Shown: positions 51,953 to 62,072, numbered from the stretch's first letter. The stretch: 64,000 nt of DNA from an uncultured Eubacteriales bacterium (GCA_934675165.1 CAKUPP010000002.1:3718-67717), one strand, 5' to 3'. Numbers and translations are program-made. Notes: generated by a model not told the origin, from the letters alone.

Positions 51953-52195
51953 TCAACCAGCAGACATTGCAATACTTACAGCCGCTGCAGCTGCACCGGA
52001 CGCTATACTACCAAAAACTGTAGCTGTTGCACCTGAAATTGCGCCAGCAGAAATAGGCCCTAACACTACACATCCCACACACCACGCACATGCAGCGCAA
52101 CCCACACATGCAGCACAGGCTACGCATCCTTGACATCCAGCAATTTCTACTTTTTCTCCAATTTCAATTTCTTCCGCAAAATGTTCTATATTCAT
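51953..52195 (-). CDS. RiPP precursor candidate (80 aa) with an acidic leader and an uncharged core carrying a (CxxC) ladder of eight Cys.
   Basis: Manual reverse translation gives MNIEHFAEEIEIGEKVEIAG-CQGCVACAACVGCAACAWCVGCVVLGPISAGAISGATATVFGSIASGAAAAAVSIAMSAG. GGAGGA lies 8 nt upstream of the ATG at 52195. It is located 36 nt upstream of the first rSAM gene. Confidence 0.75.
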   Translation of the reverse strand: MNIEHFAEEIEIGEKVEIAGCQGCVACAACVGCAACAWCVGCVVLGPISAGAISGATATVFGSIASGAAAAAVSIAMSAG

Positions 52196-52228
52196 AAAAT
52201 ATTCCTCCATGAAACATTATCACATAAA

Positions 52229-52235
52229 TTCGACA
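52229..52235 (-). promoter_or_regulatory. Perfect Spo0A-box heptamer TGTCGAA (proximal). It lies in the spacer of a candidate promoter TTGTAT, 16 nt, TGtGATAAT (-10 is the reverse complement of 52216-52221).
   Basis: The plus strand reads ttcgaca, embedded in the 11-mer aaattcgacaa that recurs at 52322-52332. Confidence 0.4.
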
Positions 52236-52324
52236 AAATACAATTTCCTAAATTATTACAAAAATAACAAATCATATTAATACGTTTAGGCTTTATTATA
52301 AATATTTGACATTATATTAAAAAA

Positions 52325-52331
52325 TTCGACA
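52325..52331 (-). promoter_or_regulatory. Perfect Spo0A-box heptamer TGTCGAA (distal). It lies in the spacer of a candidate promoter TTCAAA, 16 nt, TATAAT (-10 is the reverse complement of 52311-52316).
   Basis: The plus strand reads ttcgaca within the repeated 11-mer. It has the same geometry relative to a -10 element as the proximal box. Confidence 0.4.
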
Positions 52332-52511
52332 ATTTGAATTTTACAATTACATATCTAAAAAATCAATATTATTTAACAAAATCTACTTTTTTAATATATT
52401 TTTAATGTAATTTAATTTATCTTTATTAAATATAAAAAATAGAACATTAATTTTACATATTATTAAAAAATTAATTTTAAATTTTTTATATTAAAACAAT
52501 TAACTTAAACA

Positions 52512-52562
52512 TTAAAAAAATCACCAAGCCATTCAGAAAACAATTTCTGACAGCTTAGTGAT
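52512..52562 (-). terminator. Intrinsic terminator after the MORN-repeat gene, insulating it from the RiPP-like operon.
   Basis: Imperfect ~19-bp stem atcactaagctgtcagaaa/tttctgaatggcttggtgat followed by a 7-nt U-run on the minus strand. Confidence 0.6.
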
Positions 52563-52577
52563 ACTACGCAACATACT

Positions 52578-54086
52578 TTACATCATAGAAATTTCAACAC
52601 ATTTAAGTTCAGTTCTACCTTCATTAAAATAAAATCTTACAAAATATTTATCCTTTATATATTTGTCACTCGGAACACTATTCACATTATTTATGTTAAT
52701 AGCAAGATTAGAAAAAACTGTTCGATAGTAGTTTGGACAATTATAATTTATTGAAGTAAATGGCTCGCACATTACGCTTCGTCTTTCAACAGCACTGCTC
52801 TTCGCTGTAAGTCCCATAAATGCTTCTTTTGTTCCTAAAATTATTTTTTCACATACATATTCACCTTTATCAGGATCTACTTTAAACACTACCGAAGCAT
52901 CTAAATTCAAATAAGTTAAAATCAAATGATTATCTTTTTCCGTTCTGTAAGACTCTTTCCCAAATTCTGTTGTAACTTTTTCAGTACCATTTCCCAAATA
53001 AGCAATGTAATCAATACTGTCTCCACGAAAATTACCACTAAATTGTTGTGATCCTAAAGAATCATATGACTTTCCTGTTCCTTGACGTTTCCCTTTTGAA
53101 AAAGCACCATCATAAACTATCAATGAACTATTAACATCATACAATTGTCCGGAACCATCATAAAGTCCATTTTTAAATTCTCCTGAATAAATTATTGTAC
53201 CTGTATCTACATTGTAAAGATTTCCTGTACCTTCGTAATTTCCATTTGAAAATTCCCCAGAATATAACAAACTCTTATTCGAATACAATTTGCCACTACC
53301 AGAATAAACACCATCTTTGAAAGCGCCCTCATACTTAATTGTACTTCCATCTTTTTCATACTCAACTCCATTGCCTGCACGAACGTCATTAGCGTGATCA
53401 CCGTAGTATGTTTTAAGTTGAGTATCCGGATCATATTCTATGCCTATTCCAGCCTTTACACCTGCAGTAAAATTACCAACATAAATTACTCTTCCTATAG
53501 AGCTGTAAAGTTTTCCTTCCCCTTCATAAAGATTATTAGAAAAATTACCATCATATATCAGTGTACCATCTTTATCATAAAGCTTCCCTCCACCGGAATA
53601 TTTTCCGTTTTGAAAATTACCGCTATAAATTAAATGTCCGTCACTATCATATTGAGTCCCGCTACCACTTGCCTTACCTTTTGAAAGAGTACCCTCATAA
53701 ACTTTTATGCCTTGAGTGTCATAAATGCGAGCTCTACCGTCAAATGTAGTAATTTTTGAAGAATCCACTCTTATATTTGCCGCCCAAAGTTTGCCATCTG
53801 CCCATGGGTAAACCCAATAAACGGCAGCATAACCAATAAATAAAAACACAAGAGAAGTAATTATCGTCATTTTTTTTGAAAAATATATTCCAAAAAATTT
53901 CCAATAGTCCTCTTTAGACTCTGGATTTTTTGTGACTGTTTGTAAAAATTTTTGAATTTTTTGCTGTACTCGTTGAGCTATTTGAGTACCCATATTTTGG
54001 ATCCTTATCATGAAGGTCGTAAGTACAGCAAATTGAGATTGAAGTGTCGCCGTTACTCTTCCAAAAATATCACTTAAAGCATTCAT
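52578..54086 (-). CDS. Membrane-anchored MORN-repeat protein.
   Basis: One TM segment at about residues 73-93, then about 9 tandem MORN units (YxGxFxNGxxxGxGxxY, for example YSGNFQNGKYSGGGKLY and YDGNFSNNLYEGEGKLY). Confidence 0.75.
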   Translation of the reverse strand: MNALSDIFGRVTATLQSQFAVLTTFMIRIQNMGTQIAQRVQQKIQKFLQTVTKNPESKEDYWKFFGIYFSKKMTIITSLVFLFIGYAAVYWVYPWADGKLWAANIRVDSSKITTFDGRARIYDTQGIKVYEGTLSKGKASGSGTQYDSDGHLIYSGNFQNGKYSGGGKLYDKDGTLIYDGNFSNNLYEGEGKLYSSIGRVIYVGNFTAGVKAGIGIEYDPDTQLKTYYGDHANDVRAGNGVEYEKDGSTIKYEGAFKDGVYSGSGKLYSNKSLLYSGEFSNGNYEGTGNLYNVDTGTIIYSGEFKNGLYDGSGQLYDVNSSLIVYDGAFSKGKRQGTGKSYDSLGSQQFSGNFRGDSIDYIAYLGNGTEKVTTEFGKESYRTEKDNHLILTYLNLDASVVFKVDPDKGEYVCEKIILGTKEAFMGLTAKSSAVERRSVMCEPFTSINYNCPNYYRTVFSNLAININNVNSVPSDKYIKDKYFVRFYFNEGRTELKCVEISMM

Positions 54087-54112
54087 ACATTTTTACCTCT
54101 TATTTTTATAGT

Positions 54113-57037
54113 TTAAATTATATACCCTGTAAAACCTTCAATAGATCCACCAGAATTTTTTCTTCGTTGAATATTTTTATCACATTTCGCGAGGTAATGG
54201 ATAGATATTTTATCGCCTTCATTTACTCTTATAACTTCTGTAAAAACTTTTCTAGCTTCTTCGAAGTCACCGGTAAGATAAAGTTTTAAACCTTGTTCAA
54301 AATTTTCATCAGTAATTTTATATAGGTCTGATTTATATTTATTTGATCCATCAATCATCTCATATATATCTCTGCCACCTTCCCCTGTGACACTTCTAAC
54401 TTTTCCTATATACCTGTAAGTATAACTAGGAACTTCTTTAATTTTATCTATTATATCTTTAGTTGCAACCTGGTTAATACCCAATTTTTCAAGATAAGAA
54501 TCAATTTTGAACATCTGCATTATCTCATCCGATACTACTAAAATTCCACGACGGTCTGTGTTACCCGACACACCAACAAGAACAGATCCATGCCCAAGCG
54601 TTACGTTCATATGTGCTTTAACCGCATCGGGAATAGCAATTTCTTTAAGTTGAATAGCAGCGTTAAAAGCGTTTTGAGCATTTTTGGGAAATAAAAACAC
54701 AGCGCCCAAACCATCAAATGATTGCACTACTCCATCATTGGATTCAACAATTTTAAACATTTCATCATAAGATTTATTTAAAGCATCAAATATTTCATTC
54801 TCATCTTTGAATTCATAAGATCCTTTACACGAAAGATTAAAGGTAACATAAATTATATTCATTTCAACTACTTTGTTGTCATGAAGTTTAACTTGTGTAA
54901 CTTTTTCTTTTCCCATAAGATTAAATATTTTAGACGGAACATATCGTACATATTCTCTATTAAGTTTAACTAAATTATTGGTATATCTGTCAATCTTATC
55001 TGACATTATATTAAATGCCTGCGCTATATCTGCAAACTCGTCTTTAGAACTTATTTTTATTCTAGAATCCCAATTTCCATGACTTATTTCAACAATCCCT
55101 TTTTCTATTTTTTTCAAAGGTCTGAGGCACCATCTAATTACAAATGCAATATACCCTATCATTACTACAGCAAAAACCAAAATAACTGCCAAAGAATGTT
55201 TTAAAATACTATAAAATTCATTTGTACTGTGTATTTCTTCGTCAAGGAAATTACCTACAAAGCCAACAACAACACCACTCGAATCTTTTATTGGAACAAA
55301 CGCCGCAGAAATATTTCCATAAACATCACGAAAATCTGCTTCTATACAGTCACTGGATGAACTTTTATTAGAAAATTTTTCCCATATTCCATAAAGTTTT
55401 TCAACCTCGTCATTTTCGAAAATAGAATCAATCAAAATATACTGTGAGGGAACCATATCGGGATCAGTATACTTAAGACGATTATACGAATCAGAGGAAA
55501 CATCATACTTTGTAGAAATAGTAGCATACAATTTGTTATATTTTTCTATATAGGTAACTATATAATCGCTTCTATCACCTATTTTTAAAGATAAATCTCG
55601 GTACCCGTTTTCTACGCTTTCTTTTATGCTCATATAATCTTTTGTCATATAATCACGCACATGATTAATTTTGGTAAATTCTGTACCATCTATTTTGTCA
55701 GCAACCGTTTTTGCACCTCGCTGCTGTTCACTTTTAAGAATTGATGTGTAACTTATCACAGAATCTCTGGTATTGATATACACTAAACATCCCATACCCA
55801 GTACTAACACCGGAAGTAACATTGAAATTATTCTTACCCTCAGAGGTATTCTTGTAAATTCTAGTGATGATAAATATTTTAAACCATAAATAACGATAAA
55901 AAATATAATTACAAATGCCAACATTATTAAAAGACCAAATGGGAAAAACTTTCCTCGTATATCAGAAATCAATACTGAATTTACGCCAAATCCAACATAA
56001 TAAGGTTTATCAAACGCTTTTGATGGTGCATAAAAATTTCCATCTGATATAACCTTTAATTTTCTTAAATCACTGATTTTAATATTTTGTTTTTCCAACA
56101 CAACACTATCCAAATTGTAAATCTGTTTTGAAACAATACTTTGTGTATTAAGTTGATAAAAAGCTCCACTTACACTATCTGTAAAATAAATATTATCTGA
56201 TGTATCCACATACATACCAGAAATTAAAAATCCAGAAGTTGAAACCGTATTGGAGTAATTCACGAATGCACCAGTATTGTTCATAGCCCAAAGCTCACCG
56301 TTTGGAGTTGAATAAAAAACTCGTCCAGAAGAAAGTACGCAAGCGTCAAGCAACCATCCAGATGATGGAGCTGTGTAACCATTTGGTGGAGAAACCACAA
56401 AAGTTTTAGCTTTTTTTGGACTCTCATCTTGAAGAGGATTAACTGTAATTATGTCATAGACATCATTTTTACCCGCAATTATCGACATATTTTGACCAAT
56501 AAGTTGAATCTTTTTGATATACGGTTCTGTTGGGGCAGTTGTATCACTTGAAAAATCAACTGACGTAACATCTTTTACAAAATTTCCATACGTATCATAC
56601 ATCAAAACAGTTTCATTTTTTATAGGATAGTGAGACTTGTCCGGCACAACTGCAGTAAGTGTTTTGGTACGTTTAACAACATAAATATTACCCTTGTTAT
56701 CAGACTCAAGATTACTGTAAGAATATTCACTTTCATTAGTGCTTTTATCAAGATCTATTTTAAAATTTTGAGCACCATTTGAACCAATTTTTGTTATCTT
56801 ATATTGAGATGAATCTTCATCTACTCCCAAAATATAAACATTGCCCATTGGATCCATATCAGAAGCCAAAAATGTTCCCAAATTTGGTTTGTTGATAAAA
56901 TACTGAAGTAAAAATGCAGTAATAACAATAACCGCACCTACAGTATAATATCTAATTAATTTGTTTTCAAAAAGTGATCTTATCAATCCAGCACCTTTCT
57001 GAGATTTTGATTTTTCAACTTGTAAATTTTTTTCCAT
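54113..57037 (-). CDS. Transmembrane sensor protein. It has a large extracytoplasmic repeat domain, a second sensor-like domain, HAMP, a degenerate class III cyclase-homology domain and a TPR-like tail.
   Basis: Two TM segments. HAMP region LRPLKKIEKGIVEISHGNWDSRI..DEFADIAQAFNIM. The cyclase-like fold (IIYVTFNLS...SFDGLGAVFLF...GHGSVLVGVSG) lacks the canonical metal Asp and Asn/Arg residues. The likely start is the ATG at 57037. Confidence 0.65.
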   Translation of the reverse strand: MEKNLQVEKSKSQKGAGLIRSLFENKLIRYYTVGAVIVITAFLLQYFINKPNLGTFLASDMDPMGNVYILGVDEDSSQYKITKIGSNGAQNFKIDLDKSTNESEYSYSNLESDNKGNIYVVKRTKTLTAVVPDKSHYPIKNETVLMYDTYGNFVKDVTSVDFSSDTTAPTEPYIKKIQLIGQNMSIIAGKNDVYDIITVNPLQDESPKKAKTFVVSPPNGYTAPSSGWLLDACVLSSGRVFYSTPNGELWAMNNTGAFVNYSNTVSTSGFLISGMYVDTSDNIYFTDSVSGAFYQLNTQSIVSKQIYNLDSVVLEKQNIKISDLRKLKVISDGNFYAPSKAFDKPYYVGFGVNSVLISDIRGKFFPFGLLIMLAFVIIFFIVIYGLKYLSSLEFTRIPLRVRIISMLLPVLVLGMGCLVYINTRDSVISYTSILKSEQQRGAKTVADKIDGTEFTKINHVRDYMTKDYMSIKESVENGYRDLSLKIGDRSDYIVTYIEKYNKLYATISTKYDVSSDSYNRLKYTDPDMVPSQYILIDSIFENDEVEKLYGIWEKFSNKSSSSDCIEADFRDVYGNISAAFVPIKDSSGVVVGFVGNFLDEEIHSTNEFYSILKHSLAVILVFAVVMIGYIAFVIRWCLRPLKKIEKGIVEISHGNWDSRIKISSKDEFADIAQAFNIMSDKIDRYTNNLVKLNREYVRYVPSKIFNLMGKEKVTQVKLHDNKVVEMNIIYVTFNLSCKGSYEFKDENEIFDALNKSYDEMFKIVESNDGVVQSFDGLGAVFLFPKNAQNAFNAAIQLKEIAIPDAVKAHMNVTLGHGSVLVGVSGNTDRRGILVVSDEIMQMFKIDSYLEKLGINQVATKDIIDKIKEVPSYTYRYIGKVRSVTGEGGRDIYEMIDGSNKYKSDLYKITDENFEQGLKLYLTGDFEEARKVFTEVIRVNEGDKISIHYLAKCDKNIQRRKNSGGSIEGFTGYII

Positions 57038-57254
57038 AATGTCACCCACCAATGTAAAAATTTTATGTCCATGATAATCAAGTATAATCGAGTGTAAAAA
57101 ATAAAAAAATTATAAAATATAAATTTTAGATAATTTTTTTTAATAAATGGATTTACTATTTCCATCTGTCGCTGTATAATATAGTATATTATGATAGAAT
57201 AATGTAGTCAAGTGCTAAAAAAATGTCTTTATTCTAAAAAATTTAATCAAAAGG

Positions 57255-58418
57255 ATGGGTTTCGCCATGATAAAAAAAATAGATTCATGTGATTATACTA
57301 TTATTGCTTCACTTTTCAAAAGCGATAACCTAAAAGTTTCAGTAGCGTACAAAGGAGAAAAAGCAAATACGTCTAATCTGTATATTTTAAACGAAATTCC
57401 TTATGACAAATCAAATTTAGAAACATTCAAAACACTTTTTTCAATTTATTCAAATAAAAATCGTCCACGTGAATTTGTCGATTTTTTTGTCTATAATGAA
57501 AATTTTTACAGTTCTTTCACTTATATCGAAGCACCAGGGATAAAAGAAAAATTTGTAAAAGAACTTGTTACTTCCCCCTTTGAGGAACGATGTAAAATTC
57601 TTGAAAACATACTAATACGCATAGAAAATATTTTTAAAATATCTCCCCAGATTTTAGCATGTGTTACAGAACCCGAAAATATCCGTGTGGACAATCAGAA
57701 AAATATTATACTAAATTACAACCTTCAAAATTTGGACTCTTATAAAAACAATGCAAAAGAACAAATAAACAATCATCTTCATGATATAATTTATTATCTC
57801 TTACAACCTGAATGTGATGCCGGCTTCAACAAACAACTTCATATTGTTTTGTATAAATGTAAACATGGTGTGTATACTTCTGTGCCCGAAATGGTAATAG
57901 AACTAAAAAAAGCAGAACAAATATCTAAAACAAGCTCTTGGGTTGGCTATCTTAAATATCAATACAATCTTAGAAAACCCACTATTAAAAAAATTACAAA
58001 AACCGCTTTATCGCTAGCAGTAGTTTTGGGAATTGGATACCTCGTATATATGAAATTAAATGAAGGTTCCAGAGCTGGGAAAAGTACACTTGCAGTTTCT
58101 ATTGGCAATGTAATGTATAATGGTAACTCCCAAGACTCCTCAGAAAAATCAGTCTCAGCCGTAAACGAAGATAATCAGGCTTCAAAAGATGCGCGCGGAA
58201 ATGTAAATCTTGCCGAAGGACTTGACATTGCATACGAAGATTATATCGTTCAATATGATGACACTATTACGTTGATATGCCAGTCTTATTATAATGATGA
58301 AAGTTTTGTAACAGCGGTTTCAACATTTAATGGAATAAATGTTAAAGAAAAACTTATCCCAGGGTCAATTTTAAAATTACCCAACCGTACCGCTATTGCA
58401 CTTTATTCTGCAAAATAA
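57255..58418 (+). CDS. Single-pass membrane protein with a C-terminal LysM domain.
   Basis: TM segment ALSLAVVLGIGYLVYM. LysM-like YIVQYDDTITLICQSYY...TFNGINVKEKLIPGSILKLP. The cytoplasmic N-terminal domain of about 240 aa is unassigned. Confidence 0.6.
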   Translation: MGFAMIKKIDSCDYTIIASLFKSDNLKVSVAYKGEKANTSNLYILNEIPYDKSNLETFKTLFSIYSNKNRPREFVDFFVYNENFYSSFTYIEAPGIKEKFVKELVTSPFEERCKILENILIRIENIFKISPQILACVTEPENIRVDNQKNIILNYNLQNLDSYKNNAKEQINNHLHDIIYYLLQPECDAGFNKQLHIVLYKCKHGVYTSVPEMVIELKKAEQISKTSSWVGYLKYQYNLRKPTIKKITKTALSLAVVLGIGYLVYMKLNEGSRAGKSTLAVSIGNVMYNGNSQDSSEKSVSAVNEDNQASKDARGNVNLAEGLDIAYEDYIVQYDDTITLICQSYYNDESFVTAVSTFNGINVKEKLIPGSILKLPNRTAIALYSAK

Positions 58419-58447
58419 CACAAAACACTTAATAAAAATCATTAAAA

Positions 58448-58522
58448 TGCAAATCCGAATCTATTTACTACAGCTTCGGATTTGCATAATCTGAAATCGC
58501 ATTTTAATTTTGCGATTTTTTT
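58448..58522 (+). terminator. Two consecutive hairpins after the LysM gene. The second has a T-run.
   Basis: tgcaaatccgaa/ttcggatttgca (12 bp), then aaatcgca/tgcgattt followed by ttttttt. Confidence 0.6.
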
Positions 58523-58688
58523 ATTTAAAAAATAAAATTTGCTAATTTTTATTGAAGTACTGACTCATGTACGTACACAATAAGTCACACAATAAAAACA
58601 GAAAATAATCAAATATACTACAATTATTGCTTAAAAAAATTTTATATGATATTATTAGTTTACAATTTTAAAAAGGTGGTCAATCACA

Positions 58689-59729
58689 TTGAAGAAAGTA
58701 TTAATAGGAATGAGCGGTGGTGTGGACAGCTCTACTACAGCCGCATTACTGATTAATCAGGGATATAATGTATCTGGAATAACTCTAATTCTCACACATC
58801 CTTATGATGAATCATCTGTAAATGATGCTAAAGATGTAGCGCATCAATTGGGAATAAAACACATAACTTTGGATTTAAGCCAAGAATTTAAAGCATCTGT
58901 TATAAATTATTTTGCAAATGAATATTTGTGCGGGAGAACGCCAAACCCCTGTATAAAATGCAATCAAACAATAAAATTTGGGAAAATGCTTGATTATGCA
59001 CTAGAAAACGGATTTGATTCTGTTGCAACTGGACATTATGCAAAAATCGTCTTTGACAATGCTAGCAGAAGATATCTCTTAAAAAAATCTATTTCAAAAA
59101 AAGACCAAAGTTATTTTTTATACAGATTAAATCAACACCAGTTATCACATATGCTAACTCCTTTAGATGATTATGAAAAAATAGAAGTACGAGAATTTGC
59201 AAAAAAATTGGGGTTAAAAGTTGCTCAAAAATCAGAAAGTCAAGATATATGTTTTATTAAAAATATTTCACACGGAAAATTTATTGAAAATTATACTCAA
59301 AAAGAGTCTCTTCCTGGATTTTTTATTAATGATTCTGGTGAAAAAATAGGAACTCACAAAGGAATAATAAACTACACTATAGGGCAAAGAAAAGGCCTTG
59401 GCATCGCACTTGGAGAACCTGTATATGTTACAAAAATAGATGCAAAGAATAACTTTATTACTCTTTCTCCAATAAAAAACGGATTGAAAAAAGAAATTTT
59501 TCTTTCTACACCAAATTTTATTAAATTTAAAAATCCACCTTCAGAATTTAAGGCACTAGCAAAAATACGCTATCGTTCCGAACCTGCACAGTGCTGTGTA
59601 AATGTTTTACCCGGAAAAATTTTGAAAGTAACATTCGATGAACCTCAAAAATTTCCAGCCCCAGGGCAATCCACTGTATTTTACGATAATTGCGGAAACG
59701 TTATTGGAGGAGGAATAATAGAAGGATAA
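58689..59729 (+). CDS. mnmA: tRNA 2-thiouridine(34) synthase MnmA.
   Basis: PP-loop GMSGGVDSS, catalytic Cys context NPCIKCN, and ATGHYA. It has a TTG start. Confidence 0.9.
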   Translation: MKKVLIGMSGGVDSSTTAALLINQGYNVSGITLILTHPYDESSVNDAKDVAHQLGIKHITLDLSQEFKASVINYFANEYLCGRTPNPCIKCNQTIKFGKMLDYALENGFDSVATGHYAKIVFDNASRRYLLKKSISKKDQSYFLYRLNQHQLSHMLTPLDDYEKIEVREFAKKLGLKVAQKSESQDICFIKNISHGKFIENYTQKESLPGFFINDSGEKIGTHKGIINYTIGQRKGLGIALGEPVYVTKIDAKNNFITLSPIKNGLKKEIFLSTPNFIKFKNPPSEFKALAKIRYRSEPAQCCVNVLPGKILKVTFDEPQKFPAPGQSTVFYDNCGNVIGGGIIEG

Positions 59730-59829
59730 GATTTTTCTTGTTTTTTAATATATATGTTACTATAATTTTCAAACTTATTCAGGTTAATATATAAAAAATA
59801 ACAATTTTTTGAAATTAATAAAATATCTA

Positions 59830-59858
59830 TTGATTTTCAGTTCAAAAAAATATAAAAT
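59830..59858 (+). promoter_or_regulatory. groESL promoter: TTGATT, 17 nt, TAAAAT.
   Basis: Read directly from the sequence. It lies immediately upstream of CIRCE. Confidence 0.55.
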
Positions 59859-59863
59859 ATTAG

Positions 59864-59890
59864 TTAGCACTCAATACGAGCGAGTGCTAA
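59864..59890 (+). promoter_or_regulatory. CIRCE operator (HrcA binding site).
   Basis: Perfect TTAGCACTC-N9-GAGTGCTAA inverted repeat. Confidence 0.95.
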
Positions 59891-59920
59891 AATGCTAAAC
59901 ATTTTAAGGAGGTTTTTCTC

Positions 59921-60208
59921 ATGGCAGTAGTGAGACCTATTTTGGACAAAATAGTGGTTCAAGTAAAGAAATCTGACAGAGCCACAGGTACCGGAATAAT
60001 TCTTGCCGGAAGTTCCAAAGAGCAACCTTTAACCGCATTGGTAATTGCAAGGGGACCCGGTGGACTTATTGACGGAAGAGAAGTAAAAATGTATATTAAC
60101 GAAGGCGATCACGTTTTAATTCCAAAAAACAGTGGTACACCATTTACCCTGAATGGAATCGAATATATCATTATTCCTCAATCAGAAGTTTTAGCAATTG
60201 TATCTTAG
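59921..60208 (+). CDS. groES: Co-chaperonin GroES.
   Basis: 95 aa, with PILDKIVV...GIILAGS. It lies upstream of groEL. Confidence 0.95.
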   Translation: MAVVRPILDKIVVQVKKSDRATGTGIILAGSSKEQPLTALVIARGPGGLIDGREVKMYINEGDHVLIPKNSGTPFTLNGIEYIIIPQSEVLAIVS

Positions 60209-60253
60209 TTGCAAAATTTCAAGTAAAGTTTACAAGATAATTCTCGGAAATAA

Positions 60254-61927
<1,674 letters not shown>

Positions 61928-61942
61928 AAATAAAAAACAATT

Positions 61943-61990
61943 AAGCCGCAGCTTTCAGATTTGTTGAAAGCTGCGGCTTTAAAATTTTTT
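61943..61990 (+). terminator. groEL terminator.
   Basis: 14-bp stem aagccgcagctttc/gaaagctgcggctt followed by a T-rich run. Confidence 0.8.
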
Positions 61991-62072
61991 TAAAAAATAA
62001 CTTTTACTCTACACAAAAATCAATTAACTTAATAAAATATCCACAATCCTTACGTTTGAAAAATCTTATTTA

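Noticed and set aside
52211-52511. A very AT-rich 300-bp spacer that at first looked like a possible repeat array or CRISPR leader.
   Set aside because: There are no regularly spaced direct repeats. The only repeated element is the 11-mer reported as Spo0A boxes.
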